Origin: Nitrososphaerales archaeon
GTDB lineage: Archaea; Thermoproteota; Nitrososphaeria; Nitrososphaerales; UBA213
NCBI GenBank assembly: GCA_046759465.1
Contig: JBHICH010000006.1
Coordinates: 1-54,272 of the forward strand
Length of the DNA stretch: 54,272 bases
Direction: 5' to 3'
Under the pieces are notes generated by a model. It had not been told where the DNA came from and searched no databases. It worked only from the letters and a program-made list of their open reading frames with translations. Position 1 is the first letter of the stretch. The number at the start of each line of letters is the position of its first letter. The position numbers and the translations under genes were made by a program. Shown piece by piece: positions 47,802 to 54,272 of this stretch.

Positions 47802-49067
47802 GTGTTTGTAATGGATTTTCGAGAGATAGCTGAACTTGCCTTCAATGCCCTGAAGGAGCGCAGGACTAGATCAATACTGACTATAGTTATGGTGGTTGTT
47901 GGTAGCAGCTTGATGATATCGATGAGTGGTCTAGGTGGTGGGTTTGCTACCTTTACGGAAGAACAGTTCAGCAGCCTTGCTCCTAATGTCTTATTTGTTT
48001 CCAGCGCACAGCCGCTGGAACGAAGTAGGGGTGGCTTTGGCATTGGAGGTGGGGGTCCTCCGGCAGCACCGAAAGTGATTCTTACTTCTGTCGTTGCTAA
48101 CAATATCAAGAACCTGCCCAGTGTTGCAGATGCAATACCCAATTATCAGGGAGAGCTCACATTCGAAGGCAAGGGCAAATCTACATCAATCAGGGTCTTC
48201 GCCTTTGATCCTCAGAAGATATTTACGATCGTGCCGAATGCGGAGTTTGATGAAGGTTCTGTAATTACAAGTAACGATCAATCAGCACTACTGCTGGCAG
48301 AAATGGTTGCACGGCCACCAGCAGAAACGTATGCATTTGCAGTTCTGGGTCAGGCAGTGCAGGCAAAATACAGTTTTGTTGATGAAAGCGGTGTGCAGAA
48401 GGTTAATTCAAGAAGTTTTGTGGTGAGATCCGTAATGCACCAAACAGGAAATCCTACCGTGGACAATGCCGCAATAATCACCACTGATGCAGCAAATTCG
48501 TTGATGAATAAGGGAAGCAGGTTTGATGGCATAGTTGTAGTAGCTAAAAGCCCCGATTTGGTGAAACAGGCGGAATCTGAAATAAGAACACTATACGGTA
48601 ACGATATAGGTATAACTTCTGCACAGGCTATACTGAAGACGATCCAGGAGTTTACAAGTGGGATAACGACCTTTATGCTGAGCATAGCTGTAGTTGCATT
48701 GCTTGTTGGCGCGGTTGGAATAATTACTACACTTTACACATCGGTGATGGAAAGAACTAGGGAAATAGGCACAATGAAAGCCATTGGTGCACAGAACAGG
48801 GACATCCTTTCACTATTTTTGAGCGAAGCTGTGATGATAGGCGTTATAGGCGCAGCTGTGGGCATTATGGTTGGTATCGTTGGTGGTTTTGTTCTAACAA
48901 CTGTTATGATGTCTGGTGAGGGTGCTCCCGCAATAACACCAGTATTTTTCCCGAAGGATCTGGCAATGATATTTTTCCTTTCTGTCGGACTCAGCATACT
49001 TGCGGGTTTCTACCCTGCATTGAAAGCGTCCAGACTACCGCCTATAGTTGCTTTGAGGCGTGAGTAA
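47802..49067 (+). CDS. ABC transporter permease (MacB/FtsX type)
   Basis: RSILT, SVMERTREIGTMKAIGA, YPALKASRLPPIVALRRE. Confidence 0.95.
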   Translation: MFVMDFREIAELAFNALKERRTRSILTIVMVVVGSSLMISMSGLGGGFATFTEEQFSSLAPNVLFVSSAQPLERSRGGFGIGGGGPPAAPKVILTSVVANNIKNLPSVADAIPNYQGELTFEGKGKSTSIRVFAFDPQKIFTIVPNAEFDEGSVITSNDQSALLLAEMVARPPAETYAFAVLGQAVQAKYSFVDESGVQKVNSRSFVVRSVMHQTGNPTVDNAAIITTDAANSLMNKGSRFDGIVVVAKSPDLVKQAESEIRTLYGNDIGITSAQAILKTIQEFTSGITTFMLSIAVVALLVGAVGIITTLYTSVMERTREIGTMKAIGAQNRDILSLFLSEAVMIGVIGAAVGIMVGIVGGFVLTTVMMSGEGAPAITPVFFPKDLAMIFFLSVGLSILAGFYPALKASRLPPIVALRRE

Positions 49068-49095
49068 AAGAATTTGTAACGATTTTAGAACAGTG

Positions 49096-49845
49096 TTAGC
49101 TTGTAACTGTTAGGCTAATAGTTTGTGAAGGAGATAGTGGAGTTGGACTCTCAATATCATCCCACGTGAATGTCTCGATATTGTATCTGCCTTCAAATTC
49201 AGGCATCCAGGTTAAGGAAAATCTGGCAATTTCTTTTGCACTCACGGTTCTGGTTAGCCATTCGAGGGAGACAGTTATGCCAAGATCATCCTTGATCTGA
49301 ACAAGATAGAAGATGCGTTGATCTCTTTCCCCTTTATTCTTTACTTCCGATCTTATCATAACTTCATCGCCAACTTTTATATCTCTACTAGGTGATGGAG
49401 TAACAAGTTCTGGTTTTGAAATAGTTATCGAATATATTGTTGTCTTTTCGCCGGCGAGAACATTGATATCCACTCTGGCAGCCCAGATGGCATAACCTAT
49501 CTTGATACTCCATTTGCCTGTAGGAAATATTTTATCGTAAAGTGGAATCGTAAAAGAAGCTGCAAATTCATTGTCAGTTGTGGGTCTGATCCTTAATTTT
49601 GTAAAAGTCCTTCCGTTAGCATCCTTTACAATTATGTTGACCTCATTACCATTTTCAATTGCAGGAACATGTCCCTTGATCTTGACTACTTCTCCGGTGA
49701 AATAATCGGTTTTATCTGTGGTGACATCTATAGGTGATCTTGGTCTCTCACCTTCCATATCGGCTGTAGAGGCGTAGCTGTATAACCCAAGATTTGAGAA
49801 GAGTAGAATAATACAAATGGTTGGCACAGTAAATTTCATCATCAA
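49096..49845 (-). CDS. Secreted Ig-like surface protein, paralogue of 1..999
   Basis: IDVTTDKTDY..GEVV.I.G and YLVQIKD...W.P..EG.Y.IETFTW....PTPLSP. Confidence 0.8.
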   Translation of the reverse strand: MMMKFTVPTICIILLFSNLGLYSYASTADMEGERPRSPIDVTTDKTDYFTGEVVKIKGHVPAIENGNEVNIIVKDANGRTFTKLRIRPTTDNEFAASFTIPLYDKIFPTGKWSIKIGYAIWAARVDINVLAGEKTTIYSITISKPELVTPSPSRDIKVGDEVMIRSEVKNKGERDQRIFYLVQIKDDLGITVSLEWLTRTVSAKEIARFSLTWMPEFEGRYNIETFTWDDIESPTPLSPSQTISLTVTS

Positions 49846-49940
49846 TCATTAATCGTCAAGCTGTAATAAGTATGAACGACAAGGATTGACATTATATGGA
49901 TGACTGGGGTAGCTTGTATCTGGGACCATAAGCTCCAAAT

Positions 49941-50384
49941 ATGATAATAGTTAATTCTATCATGATGGAAGAATCAACAGATGAGATAAAAAAACATCTG
50001 CAGGAACTTGAAGGCTGGGAGCTGAAGGAAGGGAAGATCGTAAAGAACTATGGTTTCAAATCCTTCATGCACGGAGTGAAGTTTGTTAATGATGTAGCCA
50101 GAATAGCTGTAGAACAAAACCATCAGCCTGTTATCACAATAGTGTGGAAGACAGTAGAGATATCATCGATATCCTTCGATGTTGGAGAGATTACTGATAG
50201 AGATTTTGAACTTGCGAAAGCTGTAGATGAACTTTACAGTAAAAAGTTTGAGGAGAAAATTTCAATTGATGATGATTTTACAGATGATGAGCATCGAATG
50301 ATGATGGAGGAAGAAGAAAAGGACAAGGCGAGGAAGCGCACAAGAGGACCATATAGAAAGTCTTCCAAGGTTCCAGGATCTTAG
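49941..50384 (+). CDS. Pterin-4a-carbinolamine dehydratase-like protein with acidic/basic C-terminal extension
   Basis: L.GW...Y.FKSF..GV.FV...A...NHQP...GEITDRDF.LA..VD; tail KARKRTRGPYRKS; start may be 49962. Confidence 0.75.
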   Translation: MIIVNSIMMEESTDEIKKHLQELEGWELKEGKIVKNYGFKSFMHGVKFVNDVARIAVEQNHQPVITIVWKTVEISSISFDVGEITDRDFELAKAVDELYSKKFEEKISIDDDFTDDEHRMMMEEEEKDKARKRTRGPYRKSSKVPGS

Positions 50385-50566
50385 TTTATTACTTTAGATC
50401 CTTCCAATATTGAAATCTTCATCTAATGCTTAATGTAGGGAGTTTTGGATATTTTATATCCACGTTTTATACCATTGGTTTAATTGCAATTGCTTATCTT
50501 TGGGTTAGAAGGGTTCGTAGAACTAATATCTAGAACCGCTTTTTTCTGCCAACCTGCTAATTTCCT

Positions 50567-50704
50567 TCATTGTCCTCTCACTACATAATCACATTTTGGA
50601 TATCTTTTGCAGTATAGGAAGTATTCGCCAGTCTCCATAATCTTACGTAGTGATACTGTGGGATGGCCACATATCGGACAAATCTTCTTTCTAAGTTCCA
50701 TCAT
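50567..50704 (-). CDS. 45-aa stand-alone topoisomerase-type C4 zinc finger (micro-ORF H)
   Basis: MMELRKKICPICGHPTVSLRKIMETGEYFLYCKRYPKCDYVVRGQ*; TAATG overlap with the upstream ORF. Confidence 0.75.
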   Translation of the reverse strand: MMELRKKICPICGHPTVSLRKIMETGEYFLYCKRYPKCDYVVRGQ

Positions 50705-50937
50705 TACTTTATCCCCTCGCTAAGTTTCTCAAGCTTTAGTATGAGATTGATTCCTTGTAGAAGTTCCTTCCTATCCCTGGTGCTGAAGATGTTAAGGACT
50801 TTTTCGCCTACTATCTTTTCAACCGTTGCGCTTAGATCTCTAACTATACGAGTGGATGGCCAGAAGGATAGTGTGTAGCCATACTTCTCTAGCTGCTTCC
50901 TCAAACTCTTTACGATTTCTGGATATATTGGTTTCAT
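50704..50937 (-). CDS. 77-aa basic helical hypothetical protein (micro-ORF G)
   Basis: MKPIYPEIVKSLRKQLEKYGY...; GGAGTG upstream of ATG 50937 (track start GTG 50949). Confidence 0.65.
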   Translation of the reverse strand: MKPIYPEIVKSLRKQLEKYGYTLSFWPSTRIVRDLSATVEKIVGEKVLNIFSTRDRKELLQGINLILKLEKLSEGIK

Positions 50938-50942
50938 CTTAA

Positions 50943-51044
50943 TTACCACACTCCGTATACTTTTCCTAAGATCAGTATTGTGATTACGAGTGCTGTATAT
51001 GTGCCTGTTATCTTTGTCAGCTCGAGCTTCATTTTAGTTTCCAT
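50943..51044 (-). CDS. 33-aa single-TM microprotein (micro-ORF F)
   Basis: METKMKLELTKITGTYTALVITILILGKVYGVW*; GTGAGG upstream. Confidence 0.6.
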   Translation of the reverse strand: METKMKLELTKITGTYTALVITILILGKVYGVW

Positions 51045-51156
51045 TTTCCTCACACACACATTTGATCCCCATTTTTCGCATTAGCTTTCTCGCACAGCTC
51101 TTGCAGACTTCCAAACCTGCGGGAATTTGTTTTTGACAGTGAATACATTTTAACAT
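51034..51156 (-). CDS. 40-aa zinc-finger microprotein (micro-ORF E)
   Basis: MLKCIHCQKQIPAGLEVCKSCARKLMRKMGIKCVCEENGN*; GGAGGAG upstream. Confidence 0.75.
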   Translation of the reverse strand: MLKCIHCQKQIPAGLEVCKSCARKLMRKMGIKCVCEENGN

Positions 51157-51157
51157 T

Positions 51158-51292
51158 TTATTGACTCCTCCATTTGAGATTCTCTCCCATCTTCTCTAGA
51201 GTTCCACAGCGCATGCAAAGCCTTTCTTTACCTTCCTTAGTATGCCAACTATTCTGACCGCATACCATACAGTTATCTAACTTGTATTTCAT
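51158..51292 (-). CDS. 44-aa zinc-finger microprotein (micro-ORF D)
   Basis: MKYKLDNCMVCGQNSWHTKEGKERLCMRCGTLEKMGENLKWRSQ*; GGAGGAG upstream, TAG-ATG junction. Confidence 0.75.
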   Translation of the reverse strand: MKYKLDNCMVCGQNSWHTKEGKERLCMRCGTLEKMGENLKWRSQ

Positions 51293-51400
51293 CTAGTTCA
51301 CTCCTCCATTTCTAGGACAAAACTTGTTGTTACAATAGACATAGCTACCTTGGTATATGGCTGATTTATGACGGCAGATATCGCATTTCTTCAATTTCAT
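51293..51400 (-). CDS. 35-aa zinc-finger microprotein (micro-ORF C)
   Basis: MKLKKCDICRHKSAIYQGSYVYCNNKFCPRNGGVN*; GGGGGT upstream, TAA-ATG junction. Confidence 0.72.
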   Translation of the reverse strand: MKLKKCDICRHKSAIYQGSYVYCNNKFCPRNGGVN

Positions 51401-51565
51401 TTATACTACCCCCGCTACTTCCATCGGCTTCATCACTTCTCCGTTACCTCCCCTATGGCATTTACACGTACAATTACCGTGACTTCGTCTGTAGTATGTG
51501 CATTGCTGGCAGTATCTATTATGACCGTCGATTTGTCTTGGCGTCATATATGGTTCGCCTCTCAT
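51401..51565 (-). CDS. 54-aa Cys/His-rich microprotein (micro-ORF B)
   Basis: MRGEPYMTPRQIDGHNRYCQQCTYYRRSHGNCTCKCHRGGNGEVMKPMEVAGVV*; TAATG overlap, GGGAG upstream. Confidence 0.72.
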   Translation of the reverse strand: MRGEPYMTPRQIDGHNRYCQQCTYYRRSHGNCTCKCHRGGNGEVMKPMEVAGVV

Positions 51566-51693
51566 TATGCGTCAACTCCCAATACAAAACAGTGCATACA
51601 CTGTTTGTCAATATCTAACATTTCCATATGACATTTAGCGCAGATTCTATCTTTCGATATGCCTAATCTTTTTAATATATTCCACATTGTCAT
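51565..51693 (-). CDS. 42-aa zinc-finger microprotein (micro-ORF A)
   Basis: MTMWNILKRLGISKDRICAKCHMEMLDIDKQCMHCFVLGVDA*; GAGGAGTGA upstream. Confidence 0.75.
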   Translation of the reverse strand: MTMWNILKRLGISKDRICAKCHMEMLDIDKQCMHCFVLGVDA

Positions 51694-51730
51694 TCTTCTA
51701 TCACTCCTCAAGTATACATACGCAAACATG

Positions 51731-51760
51731 CCTTATATAGGTTCATATAGTATCCTATAG
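51731..51760 (-). promoter_or_regulatory. Promoter of the micro-ORF operon: three CTATA boxes at 10-bp period, the last forming a TATA box
   Basis: Minus strand reads CTATAGGATA CTATATGAAC CTATATAAGG. Confidence 0.55.
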
Positions 51761-51823
51761 TAATAATCAATTCCTACTATTATCCAGTTTGGGTTTGGTT
51801 TGATCTTAATCCAGCCAATTAGT

Positions 51824-52918
51824 TTATGATCTAGGTGTTACATCTCCTTTTGCCATCAAATTACCAACACTATCTAGTGCTGTCCATTCATAAGATGAAG
51901 TTCGATTATCAACTATCATTATCATTATCAATGATTTGCCAGGTTTGATTGGTTTATCTTCTGTCTGAACGATTACTGTGCTTTGGTCTATTCTGTCCCT
52001 GTCCCACCCTCTAGCCTTTACAAACCTGATCTTTCCATCATCCATCTTCATCTGGATGCCGAATATCCCTTCATCTCCATTATTCTTGACAGCAACCAAC
52101 GATACTTTCTTCTTATGCTTCATGGCTACCGAAATATCAGCCTCTTTCTGCTCTTCTAATTGAACTTCAGGTTTGGAGAGATCACTTTCCTTATCAAGTT
52201 TCAAATGCACCTTACCCCACTCAATTGGAGATGGCAAGACCTCTTTTACAATTAATTTGAACTGTTTGCCTCCAGCATTTGTGGGCCATTCGATAAATTT
52301 GTTGTTAAAAGCATCATTAACATAAATATAGAATCCCATCATCTCATCAAGGCCATAAGTGGCTATTGGAATTCTAAACTCATAATTCACATGGTTGTTA
52401 GTACTGTCATATGGATCGTTCATATGTGAATATGCGATGGCAGCATCGAACTTGTTGTCATACGGATCCCACGTTTCAGCCTCTTGCAAAACAGTCCATC
52501 CCATGCCATTACCCTGCAGGATACCATCTATGAAGCCACTTCTTGTGACCCTGTAGAAACAGTAATCATCTGCTAGAGGAGCCTTACCTCCATTACTTTT
52601 TGTATCAAAACAAGCTACTGCGAAATCGCCACTTTTTTCAAGACCTTGGTCTGAAATGAAGTCGAACAAGATATATACAAATACTCCATCATGTTTGGTC
52701 CTAAGGTATGCTGTCAATTCTTTGTCCTTAATCTTCGTCTCGCTAGCATCTATCCATTCTGTCTTACTACTCCACCGACCATCGATTTCCAGTAGCTTTT
52801 CACCTTTTGGTATGATGGATTGAGGTTCTTGCTCAAGCTGCATTGATGGTTTTTCAACAGTTAGCATTAAGAACATAACAACAAAAAAGATTGAAGGTAT
52901 GTACCTGTTACGTAGCAT
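51824..52918 (-). CDS. Secreted protein with DOMON/CBM9-like domain
   Basis: N-terminal hydrophobic segment; EIDGRW....EW.DA, ACFDT..NGG, NYEFRIP. Confidence 0.65.
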   Translation of the reverse strand: MLRNRYIPSIFFVVMFLMLTVEKPSMQLEQEPQSIIPKGEKLLEIDGRWSSKTEWIDASETKIKDKELTAYLRTKHDGVFVYILFDFISDQGLEKSGDFAVACFDTKSNGGKAPLADDYCFYRVTRSGFIDGILQGNGMGWTVLQEAETWDPYDNKFDAAIAYSHMNDPYDSTNNHVNYEFRIPIATYGLDEMMGFYIYVNDAFNNKFIEWPTNAGGKQFKLIVKEVLPSPIEWGKVHLKLDKESDLSKPEVQLEEQKEADISVAMKHKKKVSLVAVKNNGDEGIFGIQMKMDDGKIRFVKARGWDRDRIDQSTVIVQTEDKPIKPGKSLIMIMIVDNRTSSYEWTALDSVGNLMAKGDVTPRS

Positions 52919-52959
52919 TGTCTATTGCACTATGTTCGAGTTATATTTAAGAATGATTT

Positions 52960-53088
52960 TTATTTTGAAACTAAACGTAAGCAGCAACACTTGTTATATT
53001 TACAGCTAGAGCATCTGTCACTCAAACCCTTCTTTGTCATTGAGCACTCATCGGGATCACAGCCACACTCAGCACATTTGAATCTCAT
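52960..53088 (-). CDS. 42-aa 9-Cys metallothionein-like protein (not in ORF track)
   Basis: MRFKCAECGCDPDECSMTKKGLSDRCSSCKYNKCCCLRLVSK*. Confidence 0.7.
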   Translation of the reverse strand: MRFKCAECGCDPDECSMTKKGLSDRCSSCKYNKCCCLRLVSK

Positions 53089-53177
53089 ACTAATTCATTC
53101 AGTGTATCTATGGTTTATTGCGAAATATTAAACTACGTCCAGATATAACCAAGAGCGTGACTCAAAGACATAAAAGA

Positions 53178-54272
53178 TTGGCTACAAAGAGCCCTTCCAC
53201 TATCATCCAGAGCTATTTTGCATTATTATTGCTCCTGGCGTTAGTTGCTGCTCTGCCTTTTCTCTCCTTAGGGGTCTCACATGCAGCTCACACGACTGGA
53301 TATGAAGTTTGGCTTCTAGACCAATCCGACACAAGTGCTGAAGGTGGAGGCACTCTCTACATTTACAGTGGGGCAAGTTTCACTGGAAAAGGTTACAGGG
53401 GAACTCCAGAAGTTATCGACTTCGCGGATAGTGCAACAGGGATTGGTGATGGCATAGGAAAGAGAGCTCATATGATCTTCTTTAATACTGAACAGAGTCA
53501 CGCGATAATTTCCAATGGTTCTACCGGACATATTTACATCGTGGATGCAGACGAAAGGGAAATAGTTTCAAATATTCGTATGGGAAAAGATGGTGATGAA
53601 AAGAGGGGAGCTCATGCAGCAATGCCAGCACCGGACAGCTCAATGATCATCGTTACAAACCACAAGAAGCTAGAGAGGATATCTACCAACTATGCCAACA
53701 ACGAGTACGTCTATGATCCCACTGATGTTCTTAATCTGGCAGCCATCGAGGATGAAACACATCCTGATAACTGGATAGTTTGTCCTATATTCACGCCGGA
53801 CAGCATGTTTGTCTTTGCAACACTTCGTGGTGGGGGACTATATGTGATAGATGTAAAGTCAACCCCGATGGAGATAGTTGCGTCATTTGGCAATGATCAG
53901 ATCGCACAAAATGGTTGTGGCGGGGTCACCAACGTAGAAGGAAGCAAGATGTACATAAACTCAGGAGGAGGAACTGGTAAGCATCCGCTCGGTTCAGATG
54001 TCTATTCTTTTGAACTCTCTGGACTGTCATCAGATCCACCGACGGTTTCTGAGCCAGACCATATTCTATCTCGCGAAGGATTCGTCGATTCTCACGGAAT
54101 GCTGCTTACGAAGAACGATAGATATCTTTGGACAACCGACAGAGCGGCGAATTTGATCGAGGTCATAGAAGTTGAAACGAATGAAGTTGTTAACCAGATC
54201 GATTTGACGAATGGGGAGTCAGACCTTGATCCTGCACCAGACCTGATATTTTCGTCTCCACATAGAACTGTG
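53178..54272 (+). CDS. 3'-truncated secreted beta-propeller (YncE/YVTN-like) protein
   Basis: Open from TTG 53178 to the window end; signal peptide; blade repeats (RAHMIFF, GAHAAMPAPDS, FTPDS..VFAT, DSHGM...RYLWTTDR..N.IEVI). Confidence 0.8.
   Translation, partial: MATKSPSTIIQSYFALLLLLALVAALPFLSLGVSHAAHTTGYEVWLLDQSDTSAEGGGTLYIYSGASFTGKGYRGTPEVIDFADSATGIGDGIGKRAHMIFFNTEQSHAIISNGSTGHIYIVDADEREIVSNIRMGKDGDEKRGAHAAMPAPDSSMIIVTNHKKLERISTNYANNEYVYDPTDVLNLAAIEDETHPDNWIVCPIFTPDSMFVFATLRGGGLYVIDVKSTPMEIVASFGNDQIAQNGCGGVTNVEGSKMYINSGGGTGKHPLGSDVYSFELSGLSSDPPTVSEPDHILSREGFVDSHGMLLTKNDRYLWTTDRAANLIEVIEVETNEVVNQIDLTNGESDLDPAPDLIFSSPHRTV

Noticed and set aside
2569-48997. Many 60-200 aa ORFs overlapping well-supported genes (e.g. 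2857..3351, 18404..19006, 46040..46435, 47690..48142)
   Set aside because: Antisense or off-frame to recognisable genes, with no motifs of their own.
50663-53131. Plus-strand ORFs 50663..50878, 51368..51631, 52925..53131
   Set aside because: Antisense to the better-supported minus-strand microprotein genes.
1-54272. CRISPR array, rRNA, intact transposase or integrase
   Set aside because: No regularly spaced repeats, rRNA-like sequence or recombinase/transposase motifs seen.

Overview
Chromosomal segment from an archaeon, most likely Nitrososphaerota (Thaumarchaeota). Evidence: archaeal information genes (aIF2alpha/gamma, eS6, Nop10, Lsm, RPA, Lhr, RIO2, AglB), BHB-intron tRNAs, PEF-CTERM cupredoxin-type surface proteins, anaerobic cobalamin genes, and bacterial-type dnaK-dnaJ-grpE and metK. 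The housekeeping backbone is interrupted by three accessory patches. (1) 1.1-2.0 kb: small Cys-rich genes at the 3' end of tRNA-Leu. (2) About 23.4-31.0 kb: an island between cbiA and cobO carrying a PolB2 cassette (Walker-A-degenerate RecA-like gene, two small helical paralogues, PolB2). It has a divergent RHH/Zn-type regulator, phased operator-like repeats, and degenerate 16-bp repeats at module boundaries. (3) 50.5-51.8 kb: an operon of 8 translationally coupled micro-ORFs, 7 of them absent from the ORF track and 6 of them Cys4-type zinc-finger microproteins. Other highlights: an AglB oligosaccharyltransferase fused to a cyclophilin, two tRNAs with two introns each, a 16-aa basic peptide gene and a 9-Cys metallothionein-like gene. 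All calls come from reading motifs by eye; no database searches were run.
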